This document shows positions 26,062 to 35,166 of a stretch of 64,000 nucleotides of DNA, piece after piece. The notes beneath the pieces were generated by a model. The model did not search any database. It had not been told where the DNA came from and saw only the letters and a list, made by a program, of their open reading frames with translations. The first letter of the stretch is position 1, and each line of letters begins with the position of its first letter. Origin of the DNA: Bacilli bacterium (GTDB lineage Bacteria; Bacillota_I; Bacilli_A; RFN20; CAG-288); contig JAFUFH010000086.1 in the NCBI GenBank assembly GCA_017470005.1, positions 15,881-79,880 of the forward strand, in the 5' to 3' direction. Position numbers and translations under genes: made by a program.

Positions 26062-27155
26062 GTGATTTAGAAAAGAATCGTGCTCTCATCAATGAGATCG
26101 ATGAGAAGATGGCCAAATTATTTGAAGAGAGAATGAAGGCGGTAGAAGGTATCGCCGAATATAAGAAAGAGAACTCTCTTCCAATTTTTGATGCCAAAAG
26201 AGAACAACAGCTTTTAGAGAAAAATACCAACTATATCTCTTCTCCTCTCATTCAAGAATATTATGTCCCTTATTTCCAAGGACTATTAAAAGCAAGCAGA
26301 GCTTATCAGGAAAGACTTCTTTCCACTTCTAAGATCGCTTATTGTGGAGTAGAAGGTGCTTACGCTTACTTAGCTGCAAAAAAAGCTGATCCGAAAGCTG
26401 AACTTGTCGCTTTCCCATCTTTTGAAAAAGCATACAAATCGGTCGTAGAAGGAACTTGTGATTACGCCCTTCTTCCTATCGAGAATTCCTTTGCTGGAGA
26501 TGTCGGAGATACCATGGACCTTGTCTTCAACGGAAATCTTTTCATCAACCGCATGGTCTCTTTAGAAGTAAGACACGCTCTCTTAGCCAAAAAGGGAACC
26601 AAGATGGAAGATATCAAGACGGTCGCCTCTCATCCTCAAGCTTTAGCCCAATGTTCTGATTTCATTCAACAACACGGCTTTGCTCAAATTGCAAGAAGCA
26701 ATACCGCTGTCGCTTGTAAAGAGCTTGTCGAAAGTGATGATGCTACTGTGGCTGTCATCGCTTCTCCTGAGAATGCTTCTTTATATGGATTAGATATCTT
26801 AGCTTCTCACATCAATACTTCCGAGAATAACACCACAAGATTTGCCCTCTTTTCTCGCGCTTTAGCCAAAGTCGATCCTAACTCTAAGATGGGAGAAAAC
26901 TTCATCTTAGTCTTCACCGTCTTAAATGAAGCGGGTGCTTTAGCAAAAACTCTTAATATCATCGGTGCGCATGGATTCAATATGAGAAACCTTCGCTCTC
27001 GTCCGATGAAAGGTTTGCTTTGGACCTACTATTTCTTTGTGGAATTAGAGGGAAATATCAATACCGTGGATGGAAAAGATATGCTAAATGAACTCTCTAC
27101 CATCACCGACAGATTAAAATTAGCGGGTGTTTATCACCTAAATGAGGATGAATGA
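26058..27155 (+). CDS. pheA: Bifunctional chorismate mutase / prephenate dehydratase (P-protein) with a C-terminal ACT domain
   Basis: N-terminal AroQ-type chorismate mutase helix bundle. PDT motifs (ESRP-like RSRPMKG). 4-nt overlap with the upstream gene. Confidence 0.85.
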   Translation: MSDLEKNRALINEIDEKMAKLFEERMKAVEGIAEYKKENSLPIFDAKREQQLLEKNTNYISSPLIQEYYVPYFQGLLKASRAYQERLLSTSKIAYCGVEGAYAYLAAKKADPKAELVAFPSFEKAYKSVVEGTCDYALLPIENSFAGDVGDTMDLVFNGNLFINRMVSLEVRHALLAKKGTKMEDIKTVASHPQALAQCSDFIQQHGFAQIARSNTAVACKELVESDDATVAVIASPENASLYGLDILASHINTSENNTTRFALFSRALAKVDPNSKMGENFILVFTVLNEAGALAKTLNIIGAHGFNMRNLRSRPMKGLLWTYYFFVELEGNINTVDGKDMLNELSTITDRLKLAGVYHLNEDE

Positions 27156-27156
27156 T

Positions 27157-28167
27157 ATGGTGTTAACCATGCAGTTAGAAGAACCTTATGATATCGTTGT
27201 CGAAAGAGGAGTGTTAGAAAAAGCTTCCTCTCTTCTCTCCTTAGAGAGAAAAGTTTTGCTTGTCAGCGATGATGGGGTTCCTTCTACTTATCAGCAAACT
27301 CTCTTAAAACAATGTAAACAAGGCTATCTCTATGTCATTCCTCAAGGGGAAGCGAGCAAGAGTTTTGAATCCTATCAGAGAATTCTCTCTTTCTTGATTG
27401 AAAAACATTTCACCAGAAGCGATTGTGTCATCGCTTTAGGCGGAGGTGTTGTGGGAGATTTGGCCGGTTTTGTTTCCGCCTCTTATATGAGAGGAATCGA
27501 TTTTTACAATATTCCTACTACCCTTCTCTCTCAAGTAGATTCTTCTATCGGTGGAAAGACAGCCGTGGATTTCATGGGAGTAAAAAATATCATTGGAGCT
27601 TTCTATCAACCCAAGAAAGTTCTCATCGATGCCAACACCTTAAAGACACTAGATGCTAGACAGTTCTCTGCAGGATTAGTGGAAGCCTATAAGATGGCTC
27701 TCAATTTCTCTTTACCCTTAATAGAAAAGATCGAAAAGAGCAAAGATATTCAAAAAGATATCGAAGATATCATCATCGAAGCCTTAAAGATCAAAAAGAT
27801 GGTGGTAGAAGAGGATGTCAAAGAAAAAGGATTAAGAAGTGTCTTAAATTTTGGCCACACCATCGGACATGCCATAGAAGCCTATGAGGAAGGAAGACTG
27901 CTTCATGGAGAATGTGTTGGTTTAGGTATGTTATTCTTCTCTTCTGAAGAAGTGAAAGAGAGAATCCTAAAATTCTTAAAGAAATACAATCTTCCAACTC
28001 GTGTAAGATTAGATAAAGATGCTATCTATGAAATCTTATCTCACGATAAGAAAACACAAGGTGAAAACATCCGTATCATCCTCTGTGAAAAAGCGGGGAG
28101 TTATCAGATTAAGAAGATTCCTTTAGAAGAGATTAAAACTTATATGGAGGCCAGTTATGAGAAATAG
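27157..28167 (+). CDS. aroB: 3-dehydroquinate synthase
   Basis: GGGVVGDLAGFVSASYMRGIDFYNIPTTLLSQVDSSIGGKTAVD. The start is at ATG 27157, which has a GAGGA RBS; in-frame ATGs also occur at 27142 and 27148. Confidence 0.88.
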   Translation: MVLTMQLEEPYDIVVERGVLEKASSLLSLERKVLLVSDDGVPSTYQQTLLKQCKQGYLYVIPQGEASKSFESYQRILSFLIEKHFTRSDCVIALGGGVVGDLAGFVSASYMRGIDFYNIPTTLLSQVDSSIGGKTAVDFMGVKNIIGAFYQPKKVLIDANTLKTLDARQFSAGLVEAYKMALNFSLPLIEKIEKSKDIQKDIEDIIIEALKIKKMVVEEDVKEKGLRSVLNFGHTIGHAIEAYEEGRLLHGECVGLGMLFFSSEEVKERILKFLKKYNLPTRVRLDKDAIYEILSHDKKTQGENIRIILCEKAGSYQIKKIPLEEIKTYMEASYEK

Positions 28168-29242
28168 TATCGGAAATATTCTCACCCTCACTCTCTTTGG
28201 AGAGAGCCACGGAAATAAAATCGGTGCCGTTTTAGATGGCTTTCCTGCGGGAATTCAAATCGATGAAGATTTCTTAAAAGAGTGCTTAACCAAAAGAAGA
28301 CCATCTCTTAAAGGAGAGACAGCAAGAGTCGAAGAAGATCATTATGAGATTCTTTCTGGTGTTTTTCATGGTTATTCTACTGGTGCTCCTATTGCCATCA
28401 CGATTGAAAATAGCAACACTCGTTCCAAAGATTATGACAAGATGAAAGATCTTGCTAGACCATCTCACGCCGATTATGTCGCACAAATGCGTTATAAAGG
28501 ATATCAAGATTATCGAGGAGGCGGTCACTTCTCTGGAAGAATCACCGCTCCGATTGTTGCTCTTGGCTCTTTAGCTATCTCTGCACTTAAAAAGAAAGGC
28601 ATCCTAATTGGAACTCACATCTTAAAATTAAAAGATATCGAAGATGTTCCTTATTCTAACGATAAAATCGATAAAGAGATCGAATGTGTCAATTCTAAGC
28701 TTTTCCCTGTGATTTCGGATGTGGAAGAACAGATGAAAGAAGTCATGAGAGAAGCAGCAGATTTAGGTGATAGTGTCGGTGGAATCCTTCAAGTTGGGGT
28801 TTCTCATCTTCCTGTGGGTGTGGGAGAGCCTTGGTTTTCTTCTTTAGAAGGAGAACTTTCTAAAGCCATGTTTTCTATTGGAGGAGTGAAAGGCATCGAA
28901 TTCGGTTTAGGATTTGGTTTTGCTTCTCTTCCTGGATCTAAAGCTAATGACGCCTATGAAGAAAAAGCAAAGACAAGAACCAATAATAATGGAGGAATCA
29001 ATGGGGGATTAAGCAATGGAATGCCCATTTTATTCAACCTTGCTGTCCGTCCTACTCCTTCCATCTCCTTGCCTCAAAATAGTGTCAATATGAAGACAAT
29101 GGAGAACACAAAGCTTGTCATTGAAGGAAGACATGATCCTGCTATCATCAGAAGAATGAGTATCGTCATCACTTGTATGACTGCCCTCACTCTCATGGAT
29201 TTATTGTTAGTCAAAGAAGGAGAAGGATATTTCCAAGACTGA
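28157..29242 (+). CDS. aroC: Chorismate synthase
   Basis: MRNSIGNILTLTLFGESHGNKIGAVLDGFPAG... Confidence 0.9.
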   Translation: MRNSIGNILTLTLFGESHGNKIGAVLDGFPAGIQIDEDFLKECLTKRRPSLKGETARVEEDHYEILSGVFHGYSTGAPIAITIENSNTRSKDYDKMKDLARPSHADYVAQMRYKGYQDYRGGGHFSGRITAPIVALGSLAISALKKKGILIGTHILKLKDIEDVPYSNDKIDKEIECVNSKLFPVISDVEEQMKEVMREAADLGDSVGGILQVGVSHLPVGVGEPWFSSLEGELSKAMFSIGGVKGIEFGLGFGFASLPGSKANDAYEEKAKTRTNNNGGINGGLSNGMPILFNLAVRPTPSISLPQNSVNMKTMENTKLVIEGRHDPAIIRRMSIVITCMTALTLMDLLLVKEGEGYFQD

Positions 29243-29243
29243 T

Positions 29244-30479
29244 ATGCAATACGGATTGATTGGAAAAACGCTGAAACACTCCTATTCTAAGGAGATTCAT
29301 GAAGCCCTTTATCATCAAGAATATCAACTCAAGGAAATCCCTGCGGATTCTTTGGATAGTTTTTTGAAGGAAAAAGATTTCAAAGCCATCAATGTCACCA
29401 TTCCATACAAAGAAAAGGTGATTCCTTATTTAGATTACATCTCTCCAGAAGTAAAAGAGATTGGAGCATGTAATACCATCGTCAATCAAAACGGAAAACT
29501 CTATGGATATAATACCGATACCTTAGGATTAGAAGATTTGATCGCCCATAACCAAATCGATGTGAAAGGCAAAACGGTTCTCATCCTTGGTACGGGTGGA
29601 ACTTCAAAGACCGCAAGATATACGCTCAACAAACTTGGAGCAAAAGAGATTTATTTTGCTTCTCGCTCTCAAAGCGAAGGTTGTATCTCTTATTGGAACT
29701 TAAATTCTATCGCTTCTAAAATTGAAGTAATTGTCAACACCACCCCTTGTGGAATGTGGCCCGCTTTAAACTGTGCACCTCTTTCTTTAGAACCTTTCTC
29801 TTCGTTAGAGGCTGTTGTAGATGTCATTTATAATCCTTTGAATACTAGACTTGTCTTAGAGGCAAGAAAGAGAGGAATCAAAGCATTAAATGGATTAAGA
29901 ATGCTTGTGGCTCAAGCTTTATTTGCTGCCGAAAAGTTCTTATCCACCACTTTTGATAAAGACTTTATTTCCTCTTATACAAAGAAACTTCAAAAAGAGA
30001 AACAAAATATCGTTCTTATCGGTATGCCTAGCTCTGGTAAAAGCACCATTGGAAAAAGAATTGCGGAATTGACTTCTCGTCCTTTCTATGATGTGGATGA
30101 AGAGATTGAAAAGAAGATCAAAATGACCATCAAAGAATTCTTTGAAGAATTTGGAGAAGAGTCTTTTAGAATTGTGGAAGAAGAAGTCATCAAATCTTTA
30201 TCTACTCTCACTTCTGCGGTCATCGCTACTGGTGGGGGAAGTATTTTAAGAGATGATAATGTTTTCTTATTAAAGAATAATGGTGCTCTTTATTTCTTGA
30301 ATCGTTCTCTTTCTCTTTTGATCACTACTTCTTCTCGTCCCTTATCTTCTAACGCAGAAGATTTAAAAAAGAGATACGAAGAAAGAATGGATCGCTATTT
30401 AACGGTTTCTGACTACATTGTCGATGGAGATAGAAGTGTAGAAGAGATCAGCAAAGATATCGCAGGAGGTGTGTTATGA
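29244..30479 (+). CDS. aroE/aroK: Fused shikimate dehydrogenase (N-terminal) / shikimate kinase (C-terminal)
   Basis: An AroE N-domain and Rossmann fold, followed by NIVLIGMPSSGKSTIGKRIAEL (shikimate kinase P-loop) through to the C-terminus. 411 aa. Confidence 0.85.
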   Translation: MQYGLIGKTLKHSYSKEIHEALYHQEYQLKEIPADSLDSFLKEKDFKAINVTIPYKEKVIPYLDYISPEVKEIGACNTIVNQNGKLYGYNTDTLGLEDLIAHNQIDVKGKTVLILGTGGTSKTARYTLNKLGAKEIYFASRSQSEGCISYWNLNSIASKIEVIVNTTPCGMWPALNCAPLSLEPFSSLEAVVDVIYNPLNTRLVLEARKRGIKALNGLRMLVAQALFAAEKFLSTTFDKDFISSYTKKLQKEKQNIVLIGMPSSGKSTIGKRIAELTSRPFYDVDEEIEKKIKMTIKEFFEEFGEESFRIVEEEVIKSLSTLTSAVIATGGGSILRDDNVFLLKNNGALYFLNRSLSLLITTSSRPLSSNAEDLKKRYEERMDRYLTVSDYIVDGDRSVEEISKDIAGGVL

Positions 30480-30913
30480 AATTCTTAGTGTTGAATGGAC
30501 CCAATATCAATATGTTAGGTTTAAGAGAACCTGCTATCTATGGAAGAAAGACTTATCAAGATTTGCTTTCTATGGTAGAAGAACACGCCAAAGAAATCGG
30601 AGTCGAAGTTCTTTTCTATCAAAGCAATCATGAAGGATCTCTTGTGGATAGAATTCAACAAGCTTATGAAGAGAATATCGATGGTATCATCTTCAATCCT
30701 GCTGCTTATACGCATACTTCTATTGCTCTTTTAGATGCCTTAAAAGCGGTAGGTATTCCTACGGTAGAAGTTCATATCTCTAAAGTGGAAGAAAGAGAAG
30801 ATTTCCGTCAGATTTCTTATGTTCGTAAAGCTTGTATCAAAACCATCACTGGACATGGATTAAAAGGATATGTGGAAGCATTGGATGAACTAGTAAAACA
30901 GTTATCCAAATAA
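30476..30913 (+). CDS. aroQ: 3-dehydroquinate dehydratase type II
   Basis: MKFLVLNGPNINMLGLREPAIYG. Confidence 0.9.
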   Translation: MKFLVLNGPNINMLGLREPAIYGRKTYQDLLSMVEEHAKEIGVEVLFYQSNHEGSLVDRIQQAYEENIDGIIFNPAAYTHTSIALLDALKAVGIPTVEVHISKVEEREDFRQISYVRKACIKTITGHGLKGYVEALDELVKQLSK

Positions 30914-30920
30914 AAAAGTT

Positions 30921-32120
30921 ATGATTGTTCATATTCATAAAGGACTTCCTATAGGAGAATTCAAAGCTCCTGCCTCGAAGTCATATTCTCATCGTTATTT
31001 GATTGCAGCAGGTCTAGCCAAAGATAGTGGAGTTTCTAATCTTATCTTCAGCAAAGATATCTTAGCTTCTCTTTCTTGTTTAGAAGCTTTGGATTGCTCC
31101 TATATTAAAAAAGAACGTTCTGTTTTCTTTGAGAACAAAGATAAAGTCATTCAAGATCCTGTCTTTGATTGTAAGGAGAGTGGAAGCACTCTTCGTTTCT
31201 TCTTACCTTTAGCATTAAGCAAGTATTCTCATAGCACCTTTATAGGTAGTGAGAGATTGATGGAAAGAGGAGTGAGTGTCTACCAAGATTTATTCAAAGA
31301 AGTCACTTTCACTCATCAAAATGGTGCTTTGATTTTAGATGGAAAGATTCATAGTGGAAGATATGAAGTTGTCGGGAATATCTCCTCTCAATATATCACC
31401 GGATTATTGTTTACTCTTCCCTTATTAGAAGGAGATAGTGAAATTGTTCTTACCACTCCTTTAGAGAGCAAAAACTATATCGATATCACTTTGGATGTTC
31501 TCTCTCAATTTGGTATTGAGATTGAAAGAAGAGAAAACGGATTCTATATCAGAGGAAACCAAACCTACCAAAAAAAGAATGTAGTAGTAGAAGGAGATTG
31601 TTCCAACGCTGCCTTCTTAGAAGCGTTCTCTTATTTAGGAGCCAAAACAAAAGTCACCGGTATTGTCCCCACTTCTCTTCAAGGGGATAAAATATACCAA
31701 GATTACTTTAAACAACTCGCTATTGGTAAAGCAAAGTTGGATATTTCTGATTGTATCGATTTAGGACCAGTTTTATTCTCATTTGCTTCCTTGTTCCATG
31801 GAGGAATATTCACAGGAACGAGAAGGCTTAGAATCAAAGAGAGTGACCGCGGGGAAGCCATGAAGGAAGAATTAGAAAAAGCGGGTGCGAGAGTTCTCAT
31901 TGACGAAAACTCCATTGAAGTTTATCCCTCTCATAGAAATCTTTCTTCTCTTACTTTCTCTTCTCACAATGATCATAGAATCGCAATGGCTCTCTCTTTA
32001 TATGCAACCATTTGTGATATCACAATAGTCCAAGCGGAAGCAGTAGAGAAATCCTTCCCCGATTATTTTGAACAACTATCTAATCACGCTATGGAGGTAG
32101 AATATGAAGATCGTCTCTGA
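30921..32120 (+). CDS. aroA: 3-phosphoshikimate 1-carboxyvinyltransferase (EPSP synthase)
   Basis: APASKSYSHRYLIAAGLA and the EPSPS two-domain fold. Confidence 0.85.
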   Translation: MIVHIHKGLPIGEFKAPASKSYSHRYLIAAGLAKDSGVSNLIFSKDILASLSCLEALDCSYIKKERSVFFENKDKVIQDPVFDCKESGSTLRFFLPLALSKYSHSTFIGSERLMERGVSVYQDLFKEVTFTHQNGALILDGKIHSGRYEVVGNISSQYITGLLFTLPLLEGDSEIVLTTPLESKNYIDITLDVLSQFGIEIERRENGFYIRGNQTYQKKNVVVEGDCSNAAFLEAFSYLGAKTKVTGIVPTSLQGDKIYQDYFKQLAIGKAKLDISDCIDLGPVLFSFASLFHGGIFTGTRRLRIKESDRGEAMKEELEKAGARVLIDENSIEVYPSHRNLSSLTFSSHNDHRIAMALSLYATICDITIVQAEAVEKSFPDYFEQLSNHAMEVEYEDRL

Positions 32121-32955
32121 TAATAGAATTCTCATTGTCGGTTTAGGCTTGATTGGGGGATCTTATGCCCAAGCTTTAACTTCTTTAGGATATGAAGTCT
32201 ACGCCTTAACCCGCACTCCTTCCACCATTACTTATGCCAAAGAAAATGGAATGATTAAAGATGGCATGACAGAGATTGATCCTGCTTTTATTTCTTCCTT
32301 TGATTTTGTAATCTTCTCTTTGTATCCTAACGCTCTATTCGATTGGATGAAGAAATTCCATTCTTATTTGAAAAAAGGCGCTCTCATCAGCGATGTCACT
32401 GGGGTAAAGAAAAGTATTGTTTATCCTATCCAAAAATTATTGAAAGAAGATGATATCGATTTTGTTGCTTCTCATCCAATGGCTGGTAAGGAAGTGTATG
32501 GCGTGAAGAATGCGGATAAAGAAATCTTTAAGAGAGCAAACTTCATAGTCACTCCCACAGAAAACAACAAAGAAGAAAATGTCAAACGCATTGAAGAATT
32601 AGGTAAGATTCTTGGTTTTAAGAATATTTCCCGTCTCAGTGTCGAACAACACGATAAGATGATTGCTTTCCTTTCTCAGCTCACTCACATCATCGCTGTG
32701 AGCTTGATGAACTGTCCTGACAGCTTAGATTATCAAAAATATACCGGAGATTCTTTCAGAGACTTGACTAGAATCGCTAATATCAACGAAAATATGTGGT
32801 CGGAATTATTCCTTCTCAACAAAGAAGAGCTTCTCAAGAGTATCGATAACTTCTCTTCTCAGTTAGATAGAATGAAAGAATATATTCAAAACGACGATAT
32901 AGAAGGCATGAAAGAGATGATGAGAACTTCCTCATCTCGTAGAAAAGAACTTTAA
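32104..32955 (+). CDS. tyrA: Prephenate dehydrogenase
   Basis: ILIVGLGLIGGSYAQAL Rossmann motif. TyrA dimerisation domain. Confidence 0.85.
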   Translation: MKIVSDNRILIVGLGLIGGSYAQALTSLGYEVYALTRTPSTITYAKENGMIKDGMTEIDPAFISSFDFVIFSLYPNALFDWMKKFHSYLKKGALISDVTGVKKSIVYPIQKLLKEDDIDFVASHPMAGKEVYGVKNADKEIFKRANFIVTPTENNKEENVKRIEELGKILGFKNISRLSVEQHDKMIAFLSQLTHIIAVSLMNCPDSLDYQKYTGDSFRDLTRIANINENMWSELFLLNKEELLKSIDNFSSQLDRMKEYIQNDDIEGMKEMMRTSSSRRKEL

Positions 32956-32970
32956 TCCAGAGGTATCCTT

Positions 32971-34038
32971 ATGAACATGACATTGAAAAGAAAACTTTTA
33001 ACTCCACAAGAATTACAGCAAATGTATCCTTTGGATGAAGAAAGCAAAGAAGTAAAAAGAAAGAACGATGAAGAGATTAGAAAAATCTTCATGGGAGAGA
33101 GTGATAACTTCCTTCTCATCATCGGACCTTGCAGTGCCGATAGAGAAGATGCGGTTTTAGATTACATGCATCGCCTAAAAGACATCTACCCTCTCGTTCA
33201 CGATGTCATCACCATCATCCCTCGTATCTACACCAACAAACCTAGAACCACTGGTGCAGGATACAAAGGTATGCTTCATCAACCTGATCCGAATAAAGAT
33301 CCCGATATGTTAAAAGGATTGATCGCTATTAGAAAGATGCACATGAGAGTCATCAAAGAGACAGGATTCTCTTGCGCAGATGAAATGCTCTATCCAGAAA
33401 ACCACCGCTATTTAGCCGATTGTCTTAGCTATGTTGCTGTCGGTGCAAGAAGTGTAGAAGACCAACAACACCGTCTCACCGCCTCTGGAGTGGATGTTCC
33501 TGTGGGAATGAAGAATCCAACCTCTGGTGATTTGACCGTCATGCTCAATGGTATCAATGCCGCTCAACATCCTCACACATTCATTTATTCTGGTTGGGAA
33601 GTAGATACCACTGGAAATCCTTTAACCCACGCTATCTTACGTGGTTATGTCAACGATGAAGGTAAGACTTTCCCAAACTATCACTACGAAGATCTCATCA
33701 ATTTGAGCAAAATTTATGATGAGACTCACTTCAAGAACCCTTCTATCATCGTCGATGTCAACCACTGCAATTCGGGAAAGCAATGCTTAGAACAACCTCG
33801 TATTTGTAAAGAGGTTCTCCATTCCATCAAACATAATGCCATTCTTCACAAGATGGTCAAAGGCTTGATGATTGAATCCTATATCGTGGATGGAAATCAA
33901 AAAGTCGGAGAAGGCGTGTATGGAAAGAGTATCACCGACGCTTGTTTAGGATGGGAAAAGAGCAAACAACTCATCTTAGATTTAGCCGAAGAACTCCGCG
34001 TCATCAAGAAGTTATATGAGGAAAAGCAAAATGCCTAA
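32971..34038 (+). CDS. aroG: 3-deoxy-7-phosphoheptulonate (DAHP) synthase, class I-alpha
   Basis: LIIGPCSADRED...KPRTTGAGYKGM...GARSVEDQQHRLTASG...GKSITDACLGWE. Confidence 0.88.
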   Translation: MNMTLKRKLLTPQELQQMYPLDEESKEVKRKNDEEIRKIFMGESDNFLLIIGPCSADREDAVLDYMHRLKDIYPLVHDVITIIPRIYTNKPRTTGAGYKGMLHQPDPNKDPDMLKGLIAIRKMHMRVIKETGFSCADEMLYPENHRYLADCLSYVAVGARSVEDQQHRLTASGVDVPVGMKNPTSGDLTVMLNGINAAQHPHTFIYSGWEVDTTGNPLTHAILRGYVNDEGKTFPNYHYEDLINLSKIYDETHFKNPSIIVDVNHCNSGKQCLEQPRICKEVLHSIKHNAILHKMVKGLMIESYIVDGNQKVGEGVYGKSITDACLGWEKSKQLILDLAEELRVIKKLYEEKQNA

Positions 34039-35050
34039 GGCAAAGCATTTATTCCCTGTATTAACAATATTATTTACCTTATTATCTTGCACAGCTAACG
34101 CTTCTAGCGATAGCGCAATTTCTAATGAAGATTCTCAAAAAGCAACTTCTGTAGATGTCAGTGAAACAACAACGGAAAATACCACGATAGAAACAACTAC
34201 TCAAGAAACAACGATAGAAGAAACTACTCAAGAAACCACGGTCGATCAAACTAGTGAAGATTCTACAACAGAAACTACTACCACCACTACCACAGAAAAC
34301 ACTTCTACCTCCGAAAATACTGCTAAAGATATTTATTATGACGGTTTTGATTTCACTCTTTCTGGTGCCTCTTTAAAGACCGCCCTCTTTGATTTGATCA
34401 AAAATCCTACGGTCACCAGTTATGCTGGTTTATACACCGCTTACTATAAAACGGATTGCCGCCCGGATGGTATTCATGTCTGGGATATGTATTCCGCTTG
34501 TGAATTTGAATTAGGAAAGGATGAAAATCATTCTAGTTATTCCAAAGAAGGCGATAACTATAACCGTGAACACACCATCCCTCAAAGTATCTTCAAGAAG
34601 TCCTCTCCGATGGTTTCTGACCTCTTCCATGTCTATCCCACCGATTCTAAAGTGAATGGTATCAGAAGCGATTATCCTCATGCGATGGTGTCTGTTGCTT
34701 CTTACACTTCCACTAACGGAACAAAGATTGGTACTAGTGCAACCGAGAATGTTTCTGGGGATGTTTGTGAACCTATCGACGAATATAAGGGGGACTTTGC
34801 GAGAACATATTTCTACTTTGTCACCTGTTATCAAGATAAAATGCCAAACTATACTTTCTCCACCTTCTCTAAAGACACTTATCCCTCTTTAGCTAAGTGG
34901 GCAATCAAGCTTTATCTACAGTGGAGTGAAGAGGATCCTGTCTCGGAAAAAGAAATCAACAGAAACGAGGAAGTCTACAAAATTCAAAAGAATCGAAACC
35001 CCTTCATCGATTACCCTGGCATTGAAAAATCCATTTGGTCTGTCGCTTAA
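34031..35050 (+). CDS. Secreted lipoprotein: extracellular endonuclease I family (EndA/Dns-like) with a Ser/Thr-rich linker
   Basis: Signal/lipobox MPKAKHLFPVLTILFTLLSCTA. The Thr-rich repeat ETTTQETTIEETTQETT. Endonuclease I motifs YNREHTIPQS and NRNPFIDYPG. The start is at 34031, with a GAGGA RBS; it overlaps the aroG stop. Confidence 0.75.
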   Translation: MPKAKHLFPVLTILFTLLSCTANASSDSAISNEDSQKATSVDVSETTTENTTIETTTQETTIEETTQETTVDQTSEDSTTETTTTTTTENTSTSENTAKDIYYDGFDFTLSGASLKTALFDLIKNPTVTSYAGLYTAYYKTDCRPDGIHVWDMYSACEFELGKDENHSSYSKEGDNYNREHTIPQSIFKKSSPMVSDLFHVYPTDSKVNGIRSDYPHAMVSVASYTSTNGTKIGTSATENVSGDVCEPIDEYKGDFARTYFYFVTCYQDKMPNYTFSTFSKDTYPSLAKWAIKLYLQWSEEDPVSEKEINRNEEVYKIQKNRNPFIDYPGIEKSIWSVA

Positions 35051-35076
35051 ACTACCTTTAAGGGTAGTTTTTCTTT
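35049..35076 (+). terminator. Terminator after the endonuclease gene (aactaccttt-aagggtagtt + T-run)
   Basis: Hairpin immediately 3' of the stop, followed by tttttcttttg. Confidence 0.55.
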
Positions 35077-35166
35077 TGTATGGAATTCTTTTCATTTTGT
35101 TCGTTCTCTCTCTTTCTTCTTTTACTCTATCCCTTTGAAATGGTAGAATAGCGGCAAGAAAGGTTT

